The notes beneath the pieces were generated by a model. That model had not been told where the DNA came from, did no database searches, and worked only from the letters and a program-made list of their open reading frames with translations. Position numbers and translations under genes: made by a program. This document shows positions 16,913-25,208 of a stretch of DNA of 64,000 nucleotides, in pieces (the stretch's first letter is position 1; each line of letters begins with the position of its first letter). The DNA is from a virus (taxonomy: Duplodnaviria > Caudoviricetes), in IMG/VR virus record IMGVR_UViG_2772190736_000001, positions 26,634 to 90,633 of that record. The stretch is one strand, 5' to 3'.

Positions 16913-18741
16913 CAGAAGGGTCCTCCGAAGGCGTAGTCGGGGCGGGAGATGATGTCGGGCCGGGGCCGGAACTCTCTGCGGCAGTTCGGGTGCGCGACGG
17001 GGTGGGCGAGCGCGTCCTGGACGGTGCGCAGGGTGCCGGCGGCCCGGTCGTCATCGTCGTGCGAGGTCCAGCCGCAATTCGCTACGATGATTCCATCAAC
17101 GGTGAAGGTGCCACCGCTTGTTGTCGCGTCGTAGACCCATCCCTCGTAATGCTCTACGTCGACTGACACCACCTGCGAAAGGGTGAACCTGTGGGGAAGC
17201 TGGACAGTCGCAAGGACAGCGTCGTCGTCAGCTGTGAGACCTGTGGCACGTCGTTCCAGCCGCTCTACAACAGCGCGGCCCGGTTCTGCGGGCAGGCATG
17301 CTCGAGGTCCGGCAGTATCCGGCTCCCCCGTGAGGAGATACGCCGCCTCTACGTCGAAGACGGACGCCAGCCGGGCGAGATCGCTGATGTCCTCGGCCTT
17401 CGCGTGTCCCAGGTCTATACAGCCGTCAAGCGCATGGGTATCTCCCGAAGCCGCTCTGAAGCTCTGTCGCTGTGGCATGCGAACGCCGGGGCCGGCGCCA
17501 GGGAAGAACGTGCCAAGGCAGCCCACGACGCCAAGCGCGGACGCCCCTCCAAGCCCGAGAGCTTCGTCAGAAGCGCTATCACCAAGCAGTCCATCGCTTC
17601 GATCATCGGACCGCATGAGGTCAGATTTGCCGAGATGCTGCGAGCCAGAGGCGTCGGATACTCCCAGCAAACTCCGCTGGACGTCTACAACATCGACTTC
17701 ACCCTGACCGAATACCCCGTCGCCGTGGAGATCGTCACCGGTGGCGGTTCGAACGGATACTGGCAGCGCCTTCACAAGCGACGCATACACGTCCTCCACC
17801 ATTGGCACCTGTTTGAGATCAAGTTCCGCAAGGGCCGCCGAGTCCTCACAGAGCCCGTCGTGGACAAGCTGATCGCCTTCGCGGAGAAGGTGAGCGCGGA
17901 CCCAACCCCGTACGGTCAGTACGGGATGGTTTGGCCCAACGGTGAAGACATCCGTACCAACGCTCGTACGCCGCGCTATGCGGTAGGCCGGCCCTGAGAA
18001 CCAGGCTCTGACCATCTGCTTCAGGTGTCCATGCGGAAGGAACGCGCCTCCAGGCATCACGCACTCGGGCCCGTCGCGGACTTCGACCCAGTCGGCGCCG
18101 ACTTCGTCCGCGCAGGTGCGGAGGAAGCCGGTGTTCGCGGTGGTGTAGGTCTGCCAGGAGGTGGCCGCGCGGGCCCAGGATTCGACGGGGTGGCGGGAGG
18201 AGCCGGCGTAGATGACGGTGTCGAGCGGGTGGTCCTGGAGGAGGCGGGCGCGTCCGGGCCATGGCTGGCGGATGCGGTCGACGTGGCCGCGGGCGGCGGT
18301 CAGGGCGTCGCGGAGGAACGCGCGGGCTCGGCGTACGGCTTCACGGATCCGGCCGGTGAGGTCGGCGTAGTACTGCGCGGACAGGGTGGTGATGTGGGCC
18401 TGGTGTCGTGCGGTCCAGGACCATCGGGAGGGGCGGCCGGCGCGGTCCAGGGCGGCGAGGGCACCTTCCCGGTAGGCGATGGGCAGGTCGGTGGCGGCCC
18501 AGCGCTCGACGAGCGCGAGGGCGGCGCGGTCGAAGGCGGCGATCTGCTGCTGGAACGCCTCGCCTGCGGTACGGATCGCGGCGTAGGCGGTGCGGCCGGG
18601 CCGGATGCGGGCGAGGGCGGTGAGGAGCGTGTTCTGGGCGCGGGTGAGGATCCGCCAGGCGGCCGCGAGGGCGTCGGTGGCACCGATGATGAGGGCCAGG
18701 AGCCGGGCCCGTAGGGAGCGGCGGCGTACGGGGGTGGTCAT
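16912..18741 (-). CDS. Minor capsid (MuF-like head morphogenesis) protein interrupted by an intein
   Basis: Start MTTPVRR; extein VEVRDGPE|CGWTSHDD...HPNCRR; 609 aa precursor, 280 aa after splicing. Confidence 0.85.
   Translation of the reverse strand: MTTPVRRRSLRARLLALIIGATDALAAAWRILTRAQNTLLTALARIRPGRTAYAAIRTAGEAFQQQIAAFDRAALALVERWAATDLPIAYREGALAALDRAGRPSRWSWTARHQAHITTLSAQYYADLTGRIREAVRRARAFLRDALTAARGHVDRIRQPWPGRARLLQDHPLDTVIYAGSSRHPVESWARAATSWQTYTTANTGFLRTCADEVGADWVEVRDGPECVMPGGAFLPHGHLKQMVRAWFSGPAYRIARRTSVGTDVFTVGPNHPVLTVRGWVRAHLLREGDQLVHDGLCEDSAALAELDLKQVPMVEDVYASLVKALPVSVRTATGDDLHGDGVFGQGEVDVVDVQRSLLGVSDASGSQHLGKSDLMRSDDRSDGLLGDSASDEALGLGGASALGVVGCLGTFFPGAGPGVRMPQRQSFRAASGDTHALDGCIDLGHAKAEDISDLARLASVFDVEAAYLLTGEPDTAGPRACLPAEPGRAVVERLERRATGLTADDDAVLATVQLPHRFTLSQVVSVDVEHYEGWVYDATTSGGTFTVDGIIVANCGWTSHDDDDRAAGTLRTVQDALAHPVAHPNCRREFRPRPDIISRPDYAFGGPF
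17077..18063 (-). mobile_element. Intein (Hint domain), 329 aa
   Basis: Cys1 CVMPG, block B GPNHPVL..RGW...L..GD, block F WVYDATT, C-terminal IVAN followed by Cys+1. Confidence 0.88.
17191..17997 (+). CDS. Putative homing endonuclease (Zn finger, HTH, Vsr/DUF559-like nuclease) antisense within the intein
   Basis: CETC...CGQAC, HTH PGEIADVLGLRVSQVYT, nuclease E..FAEML...G..YSQQ....YNIDF......VAVEI; RBS-like AAAGGGTG. Confidence 0.82.
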   Translation: MGKLDSRKDSVVVSCETCGTSFQPLYNSAARFCGQACSRSGSIRLPREEIRRLYVEDGRQPGEIADVLGLRVSQVYTAVKRMGISRSRSEALSLWHANAGAGAREERAKAAHDAKRGRPSKPESFVRSAITKQSIASIIGPHEVRFAEMLRARGVGYSQQTPLDVYNIDFTLTEYPVAVEIVTGGGSNGYWQRLHKRRIHVLHHWHLFEIKFRKGRRVLTEPVVDKLIAFAEKVSADPTPYGQYGMVWPNGEDIRTNARTPRYAVGRP

Positions 18742-19067
18742 CGGCGGGGCCGTGCGACGAGCTGGATGACGCCGAGGCCGTCCGGGGTGCTGGTGGCGGG
18801 GTCGTCGGGTGCTGGGGGTTCGCCGTTCTCGAGCTGGGCGATCTGTCGTTCGATCGCGCGGACGTTCTCGGTGTAGGAGAGGGCGACGACGCCGGTCACG
18901 TTGATGGTGGTCGGCTGGTCGTGGACGAGGGCCGCGAGCCGCTCGCGGAGGACTTCGAGGGCGACGGCGCGCGCGGTGCCGAGGCGGGCGTAGCGGGTGT
19001 CGAGGTCGGCGGGGTCGGTGCTGGTGCCGAGCTGCGAGATGAGCCAGGCGCGTGTCGCGACGTCCAT
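18738..19067 (-). CDS. Head-tail connector-like protein
   Basis: 109 aa helical protein, GGAGGAG RBS, downstream of capsid. Confidence 0.7.
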   Translation of the reverse strand: MDVATRAWLISQLGTSTDPADLDTRYARLGTARAVALEVLRERLAALVHDQPTTINVTGVVALSYTENVRAIERQIAQLENGEPPAPDDPATSTPDGLGVIQLVARPRR

Positions 19068-19109
19068 GCGGCTCTCCTCCGGTGGTGGTGTGGGTGGGAA
19101 GGGGTGCGG

Positions 19110-19155
19110 GTACGGGCCCGGCTCCTGGCGCCCCCACCGGGGGCCGGGCCCGTAC
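19110..19155 (-). terminator. Stem-loop after the capsid genes
   Basis: GTACGGGCCCGGC / GCCGGGCCCGTAC 13-bp inverted repeat. Confidence 0.65.
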
Positions 19156-19159
19156 GCGC

Positions 19160-19534
19160 TTACTGACCGCCGGTGCCCTCGGCGGCGGTCTCGGCCGGCT
19201 TCTTCGCGGCCGTCTTCTTGGCCGCGGTGCGCGCGGCCGGCTTGTCCTCGGCGGCGGCCCCGGTGGGGTCAGCGTTGCCGGAGTCGGGTCCCGATCCGTC
19301 GCCAGAGGCGTCGTCCGGGTCGTCGCCGGAAGGGCTGCTGTCGCCCTCCGGGTCCTTGTCGGTCTCGGTCTTGGTCGGGGTCTTCAGGCGGGGCATCTTG
19401 CCGTCGACCCAGGCGGCCGGGTTCGTCACCAGGGCCGCGAGGCGCGGCTCCGGCAGCGTTCCCAGGGCAAGCTCGACCGTCTGGTGGGTGTCCGGGTCCT
19501 TCACGAACACCGTGCTGCGCAGCTGGTAGCCCAT
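19160..19534 (-). CDS. Small head-associated protein with low-complexity tail
   Basis: 124 aa directly after major capsid; AAKK repeats. Confidence 0.75.
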   Translation of the reverse strand: MGYQLRSTVFVKDPDTHQTVELALGTLPEPRLAALVTNPAAWVDGKMPRLKTPTKTETDKDPEGDSSPSGDDPDDASGDGSGPDSGNADPTGAAAEDKPAARTAAKKTAAKKPAETAAEGTGGQ

Positions 19535-19537
19535 GGG

Positions 19538-20602
19538 TCACCACACCGTCGCGGCGATGTGGATGTCGGGGGTGTACATGACCGGCATCGCGGCCGCGTT
19601 GCACTTCGTCCACACCTGAACCGGGTCGTCCTGGTAGCCGGAGGTGACGATGATGCCCGGTGCGACCTCGGCCTCGATGGACGGGTTGCCGCCGGAGGAC
19701 AGGACGATGCCTTCGGCGGTGAGCCCGTACTGGGTCTCGGCCATCTGCCGGGTGTTCGGCGGCAGGAGGAAGAACATGTTCTCCGGCAGGGGCCGCTTGT
19801 TGGTGCCGTCGTCCAGGGGGACCTGCACGTCGTAAACGGTGATCGGCGGCAGTCCGTACCGGCCGCGGACGACGTTGACCTGGTCGGGCGCGAGGACGGA
19901 CGTCGGGATGGTGGACGCGGAGTTCACCGAGCCGTAGTAGGCGGCGCGGTAGGAGTCGTTGCCCATGGCGAGCGCCATCGTCTTGTACGAGGTGAGGGCA
20001 CGGGAGGGCATCGGGGCGCCAGACTTGCGGAGGACCTCGATCCAGGCCATCTCGTCCGCGAGCATGTCGGCGGTCGGGTCGGTCCAGACGGTGGCCGCGG
20101 TCGGCATGTTCGCCGCAGGGACCTTGTGGTCGGCCTCCAGGGTGAGACCGTTCTCGCCGGTGAGGGTGAACTTGCCGTCGACGAGGAGGTCGCCAGCCGC
20201 CAGTTCCATGCGGTTCTGGATCGACAGGACGTGGGCGGCGACGTCGTCGTAGATGGCGCTGACGAGGTCCTCACCGTCCATGCCGCGGGAGACGTTCTGC
20301 AGGATCGTCTCGAGCTCGCCGACGATGTACTTCTGGCCGAGAGGCAGGAGCTTGCCCTCGGTCACGACGCTCGTGATCTCACGGGACGCGACCTTGGTCT
20401 GGGCGTCCCACGCGCGGTAGGACGCGGCGGCGACCCGACGGCGGGTGGAGCGGGTCTGCCACTTCACCGAGTTGACCGTGCGCTCGGGGATGACGGACTG
20501 GGTGAGCTCGTAGTCGGCCGGGGTCTGGATCTCGCGGACGAACGCGTTGATCTCGGTCGGGTTGATGCCCCGCAGGAGGACCTCAAGCATGTCGTTAGGC
20601 AT
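19538..20602 (-). CDS. Major capsid protein (lambda gpE-like)
   Basis: 354 aa, RAWD, NRMEL, DPV.VWTK..A..MPV motifs. Confidence 0.92.
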   Translation of the reverse strand: MPNDMLEVLLRGINPTEINAFVREIQTPADYELTQSVIPERTVNSVKWQTRSTRRRVAAASYRAWDAQTKVASREITSVVTEGKLLPLGQKYIVGELETILQNVSRGMDGEDLVSAIYDDVAAHVLSIQNRMELAAGDLLVDGKFTLTGENGLTLEADHKVPAANMPTAATVWTDPTADMLADEMAWIEVLRKSGAPMPSRALTSYKTMALAMGNDSYRAAYYGSVNSASTIPTSVLAPDQVNVVRGRYGLPPITVYDVQVPLDDGTNKRPLPENMFFLLPPNTRQMAETQYGLTAEGIVLSSGGNPSIEAEVAPGIIVTSGYQDDPVQVWTKCNAAAMPVMYTPDIHIAATVW

Positions 20603-20615
20603 GGGGGGTCCCCTC

Positions 20616-21350
20616 TCAGACCTTGTAGATGAACTGGGTGTTGGAGCCGGCCGGGACGTCGGTCGGGTCGAAGGCGACGGGGAGCTTGGCGACGTCGATC
20701 TGGCCGTGGACCATGAGCGGCGCGGCGGCCTTGGTGGAGCCGGGGTAGAAGGACACCTCGGTGAAGAGGAACCCGGCGAAGATCTGGGAGCCGTCGGTGG
20801 CGGTCGCGGTGTCGCCGCCGGTCGTGGTGGCGATCGTGATGTCCGGGGTGGTGCCGCCGGTGAACGTCTCGGTGGTGGTGGGCGCGGCGACGTTCTCGCC
20901 GAGCTGGGTGCCGCCCCAGGTCAGGGTCCAGGGGCCGCCGGCGTTGCCGGTGACGACGACGTCGCCGGGAGCGATGTTGGACAGGGCCTCGAGCGCGGCC
21001 TGGACCTGCGCGGCGGTGGCGTTGTAGGCGAGGGCGGTTGTGGTCTGTCCGGACCAGGTGATCGTGAAGGTGCCGCCGGTGGGGGCGCCGGTCACGGTGA
21101 GGGTCTGGATCTCGTTGGTGACGGCCGCGTACGGCGCGTACAGCCCCGAGGCAGACAGCTTGCCGAGGGGGATGCCGGACTTCAGCTTCCGCTCGGGCTG
21201 GTGGGCCGAGGCCTCGGTCCAGTGCAGGGTCTCGGAGAACTTCGACAGGTCGAGGGTGATGGTCTGGTTCGCTTCGATGCCGAGCATGCTCATCAGCCAC
21301 GGGCGGCCGACGGCGAGCGTCTCGGTGGTGGTGTACGGCTGGATGTCCAC
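20616..21350 (-). CDS. Head decoration protein with inserted accessory domain
   Basis: GTG start (VDIQPY); LKSGIPLGK...GLY.PY and AGFL...HG....KLP motifs flanking a ~100-aa insert. Confidence 0.82.
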   Translation of the reverse strand: MDIQPYTTTETLAVGRPWLMSMLGIEANQTITLDLSKFSETLHWTEASAHQPERKLKSGIPLGKLSASGLYAPYAAVTNEIQTLTVTGAPTGGTFTITWSGQTTTALAYNATAAQVQAALEALSNIAPGDVVVTGNAGGPWTLTWGGTQLGENVAAPTTTETFTGGTTPDITIATTTGGDTATATDGSQIFAGFLFTEVSFYPGSTKAAAPLMVHGQIDVAKLPVAFDPTDVPAGSNTQFIYKV

Positions 21351-21384
21351 GCCGTGACCCCTTTCGCGTGAGCGCGTGATGGGT

Positions 21385-21418
21385 GCGGGCACCGGGTGTG
21401 GTGCCGTCCACGGGGGTC
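21385..21418 (-). promoter_or_regulatory. Conserved leader hairpin element, copy 2
   Basis: GGCACC-N6-GGTGCC-GTCCACGGGGGTC. Confidence 0.5.
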
Positions 21419-21455
21419 AGGGCGTGGTCCCTCGGGTGGTGCTGGTCTTGTGGGG

Positions 21456-22265
21456 TCAGGCTGCGTCGTCGGTGCGCAGGCCCATCCGGATAGCGCGGGC
21501 GCGGGCAGCGTCGCGGAGCGTGTCCTTGCCCGCGGCCGGGGTGCGGGCGGGAGGTCCGCCGGCCGGGGCGCCGCTGGGGGCGGGCGGCAGACCCTGGGGG
21601 GTGGGGGTGCCACCGAACAGGGTGCTGCGGCGCTCCTTGAGGGCTTCGGCGGCCGCGGTGATGGCGGCGTCGTCGGCGTCCTCAGCCACGCGGGACCGGA
21701 CGAGTTCGAAGGCGTCGTCCAGGTCGTCGCCGGTGGCGCCGAGCTTGACGAGCGCGGCGCGGACGCGGGTCTCGCGCTCTCGTACGGCGGCGGCCTGTTC
21801 CTGTGCCTTTGCGGCGGCCTCGCGGGCGGCGAGCTGCTGCTCCCGGGTATTGAGCTCCTCGGCGCGGCGCTGCTCTTCGGTGAGCTGGGCCTGCCGGGCG
21901 GTCTGGGCGTCCTTGAGGAGCTGGGCGACCTGGGTGGGGTCGAGGTTGTCGGTGGGGAGGCCGGCGGCTTCGGCGATGGCGCGGAGCGCGGCGTTGCGGC
22001 CTTCGTCCTTCTCGTTCTTCATCAGGACGTTCAGGCGCCGCTGGGTGATAGTGACCTTGTCCTCGTCGTCGCCGGTGGCCGCGGTGGCGGGCGGTACGGC
22101 GGGCGGGGTGACGGCGGCCTGCTGCGGCATGTTCGCCGGTGTCGGCGGCGCGGGCGGGGTGGCGGGGTCGCCGTTGTAGAAGACGGCCATGCCCTGGATG
22201 CCGGTGTAGGGGCGGGCCCAGGCAGTGTCGTGCACGGTGGGGCGGTACAGCGCGGGGCGGCGCAT
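21456..22265 (-). CDS. Capsid scaffolding protein
   Basis: GGAGG RBS, Pro-rich ends, central coiled coil, upstream of decoration and capsid genes. Confidence 0.82.
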   Translation of the reverse strand: MRRPALYRPTVHDTAWARPYTGIQGMAVFYNGDPATPPAPPTPANMPQQAAVTPPAVPPATAATGDDEDKVTITQRRLNVLMKNEKDEGRNAALRAIAEAAGLPTDNLDPTQVAQLLKDAQTARQAQLTEEQRRAEELNTREQQLAAREAAAKAQEQAAAVRERETRVRAALVKLGATGDDLDDAFELVRSRVAEDADDAAITAAAEALKERRSTLFGGTPTPQGLPPAPSGAPAGGPPARTPAAGKDTLRDAARARAIRMGLRTDDAA

Positions 22266-22289
22266 GGGGGCACTACCTCCCAAGGAGTG

Positions 22290-22359
22290 TGTCGTCGGCC
22301 CCGCGCCTTGATCCAAGGAGAGCACACTCCATACGGATCGGTCCCCCTGCTCCTCCTGG
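22290..22359 (-). promoter_or_regulatory. Putative late promoter and conserved leader (scaffold/capsid)
   Basis: GGAGCAGGGGGA-N20-TCTCCT-N6-AAGGCGCGGGGCCGACGACA. Confidence 0.6.
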
Positions 22360-22407
22360 ACCCCGAAATCTCAGCGCGTTCCGCCCCTCGGCCCGTATGT
22401 TTCTCCG

Positions 22408-23325
22408 ATGAGACGCGGATGGAAAGAGCTGGCCGAACCCATCGAGCAGCTGTGCCGGGTTTTCGAGACCAGCGCGTCCGTGCATGAGGGATTCTCCTCA
22501 ACGTCCCGTGCCGCTGATGAGGCGCGAGACCGAACGCTCGATGGCCCCTGGGGCGCTCGTGTCACACGAGACGCAAACGTCACTGCTCAGGCCATTGCGG
22601 TGCTGATGATGGACAACCTGGGCTCGCTCGTCGACATCATCAACAGCCCGCGTGGGGTCTACTCGGGATTCACCATGACGCGCGCTGTGGTCGACTCTGC
22701 GACTGGGGCCTGGTACCTCATGGATCCGGAAATTGACGTCCGCGAACGAGTTCGTCGGTTCATGAACTTTCGCCTTGTCAGCTCTCACGAGCGCGGGCGG
22801 CTGCTCCCTGAGGAATGGGACGATCGCCGAGCCCGGATGATTCGCGAGGAGTCGCGCGAGGAGACCGAGAGGATCCTTCAGGGCGCCCGGCTGCACGGCT
22901 ACCAGGTGACGGCAGCGAGCGGCATGAGGGCCCCGTTTCTAGGGGACCGCCTGCCAAGCACGACTGCGTTGGCCAGCCAAGTCGTTCCCCGGGACAACCC
23001 TCTTGGACGAACGTCCTGGAAGCTCACCTCTGCAGTCACTCACGGGACTCTGTATGCCATCTCCATGGCTTTCGAGACGGTCGGCGTAAGCGAGGACCCT
23101 ACTCACGGCGATGTAGCCGTACGTCCTCGCCTCAGCCCTCGTAACGCTGCGGCACAGTTCTCCGCAGCGCCCTTGGCAGCGATCTCGACTCTGGTACGGC
23201 TGTACCGCCAGTTCGGTTGGGACATGCAGGAGCTGGTCCAAGCATCTGCCGCAGTGGAGGCGATGCTGTGGGAGTTCATGCGCGTTCTGTCTCCTCGGGA
23301 GACTCCAGCGACGTTTCGTCCGTGA
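22408..23325 (+). CDS. Moron: all-helical hypothetical protein (DUF5677/HEPN-like)
   Basis: 305 aa, antisense within head module, lower GC; R..VD..A..WY and LTSAVTHG motifs. Confidence 0.65.
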   Translation: MRRGWKELAEPIEQLCRVFETSASVHEGFSSTSRAADEARDRTLDGPWGARVTRDANVTAQAIAVLMMDNLGSLVDIINSPRGVYSGFTMTRAVVDSATGAWYLMDPEIDVRERVRRFMNFRLVSSHERGRLLPEEWDDRRARMIREESREETERILQGARLHGYQVTAASGMRAPFLGDRLPSTTALASQVVPRDNPLGRTSWKLTSAVTHGTLYAISMAFETVGVSEDPTHGDVAVRPRLSPRNAAAQFSAAPLAAISTLVRLYRQFGWDMQELVQASAAVEAMLWEFMRVLSPRETPATFRP

Positions 23326-25135
23326 CCGGGAGCTGGACGACAGGCGGGGCGGGGTCGGGGTTGATGTCGATGCCGAGGTAGGTGGCGACCGCGTCGGTGG
23401 AGCCAGTGGCGTCGGCGAGGTAGCGGGCCTGTTCGAAGCGGCGGGCCTGGATCTGGGCGATCTCGGTCTCGGCGTCGTCCATCGGCCAGCCTGCTTCGGC
23501 GAGGATCCTTACGGCGGTCTCGAGGGACATGACGCCGGCGGTGACGGCCTCGGAGACCTGGGTGAGGACGGCGGCCTTGTCGGTGGGGGTGTACGGGCCG
23601 AAGGAGAGCAGGGCCCGCTGGGTCTGGACGCCGGTCCAGTCGGGGTGCGCTCCGGCGAGGGACATGCGTTGGACGAACTTGAGGAGCAGGGCGTACTTGT
23701 GGGCGCGGGCGAGGCGCATGGAGCCGACGAGGGAGTCAAGCGGGCCGAGGGAGATCTCCAGGGCGTAGCCGGAGGGGACTTCGGAGGGGTTGACGGTGCC
23801 GAGGGTTACGGCGGGCAGGCGGGCGATCGTGGCGGCCCGTTCGGACAGGTCGGTGCGCTGGTTGCGGAGCTCGGCGAGCTGGGGGGAGGTGTCGACGGCG
23901 TCGAGGCGGCCGCCTTCGGGGAGCTCGAGGACGGTGCCGGGGGCGACGGCGAGTTCGCTGCGGCCGTTGGATCGTCCGCCGGAGAGCGCGATGATCGGGG
24001 AGCCGGTGGTGGCGGAGGCCTTTGCGGAGTCGGTGTCGGTGCCGGCCAGCTCGTCGAAGACCTGCAGCACCTTCGCCAGGCTGGATGTGCCCCAGTGCTC
24101 TTCGGCGTCGGGGACGGTGTTGGGGACGTGGATCACTGGGATGAAGTCGAGGTAGAGGTCGAGGTGGTCGAGGACTTCGCCGGTCGGGCCGGTGGCGTAC
24201 TGGGCCTTGTCCATGGGGAGGTTGTCGACGTCGTGGGGGGCTTTGAGGTCGCCGAGGTCCCAGGTGGCGTCGGTGAGGTAGCAGGTGACGTACGACGGGG
24301 TGTCGTTCCACAGGTACTGGCGGGCGATGAACCCGGACTCGGTGGGGATGTCGCCGCGGCCGAGGACCGGTTGGGCGGGGGCGTCGCCGTCGGTGTCGGT
24401 CATGACGGGGGCGCGGACGGGCCGGCCGGTGCGGTCGACGCCGGAGGCGGTGACGGGCCGGATCCAGTCGAGTTCGTAGGTGATGCGGCGCAGCCGCGCG
24501 GGCAGGCCGCGCTTCTTGTCTGCGGGAAGGTCCCAGGCGAGGTGGACGCGTTCGGGGTAGTCGGAGGCGTCGCCGTCTTCGGCGAGGACCGGGTAGTAGA
24601 AGCCGGGGTCGAACGCCTTGAGGCGCACCCTGCCCTTGTTGGGGTCCCAGGCCAGGAGGTAGACGCCGTCGCCGAGGGTCACGGCCTTGCGTTCGGTCTG
24701 GATCATCCGCATGGACAGGAGCTCGTCCTCGGCCCAGTCGCGCAGGAGGGTTTGGACGCGTTCGGCCATCGCCTGGTCGGTGTCGGGGGTGTCGGTGTCG
24801 GTCTGTTCGGCGCTGGGGACGACGATGGTCTGCTCGCGGCCGAGGACGTTGGCGAGGATGGTCTCGATGAACATGGACGGGTCGCCGAACTCGCGGCGGT
24901 CGCTGGCGGTGGGGTCGCGTAGCTGGGCGAGTTCGGCGGCCTGGTTGTTGGCGTAGGCGGCGAGGAGCTTGTAGGCGGCCAGGCGTCGCTCGTCGCCGGC
25001 CGGGACCCAGGAAGCGGCGGCTTCGGGGAAGGCGCGGCGGTGGGGCATGCCGAGGGTGTCGGAGTAGATGGGCTTGTAGTTTGCCCATCCCCAGGCGTCG
25101 ATGACGACGTCCTTGATGCCACTGAGCAGGCCCAC
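23276..25135 (-). CDS. Portal protein
   Basis: ~620 aa, LGDGVY, FIPVIHVPN, WG.S, PSGYAL motifs; first gene of head operon. Confidence 0.88.
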   Translation of the reverse strand: MGLLSGIKDVVIDAWGWANYKPIYSDTLGMPHRRAFPEAAASWVPAGDERRLAAYKLLAAYANNQAAELAQLRDPTASDRREFGDPSMFIETILANVLGREQTIVVPSAEQTDTDTPDTDQAMAERVQTLLRDWAEDELLSMRMIQTERKAVTLGDGVYLLAWDPNKGRVRLKAFDPGFYYPVLAEDGDASDYPERVHLAWDLPADKKRGLPARLRRITYELDWIRPVTASGVDRTGRPVRAPVMTDTDGDAPAQPVLGRGDIPTESGFIARQYLWNDTPSYVTCYLTDATWDLGDLKAPHDVDNLPMDKAQYATGPTGEVLDHLDLYLDFIPVIHVPNTVPDAEEHWGTSSLAKVLQVFDELAGTDTDSAKASATTGSPIIALSGGRSNGRSELAVAPGTVLELPEGGRLDAVDTSPQLAELRNQRTDLSERAATIARLPAVTLGTVNPSEVPSGYALEISLGPLDSLVGSMRLARAHKYALLLKFVQRMSLAGAHPDWTGVQTQRALLSFGPYTPTDKAAVLTQVSEAVTAGVMSLETAVRILAEAGWPMDDAETEIAQIQARRFEQARYLADATGSTDAVATYLGIDINPDPAPPVVQLPVTDETSLESPEETERA

Positions 25136-25152
25136 GGGGCGCACCTTTCCGG

Positions 25153-25208
25153 TGTCGGGCCCCGCGCCTTGTGATCAGCGTACGGCTACACGCCGCTGGC
25201 ACTCCCCC
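25153..25208 (-). promoter_or_regulatory. Putative late promoter and conserved leader (portal)
   Basis: GGGGGA-N20-TACGCT-GATCAC-AAGGCGCGGGGCCCGACA. Confidence 0.65.
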
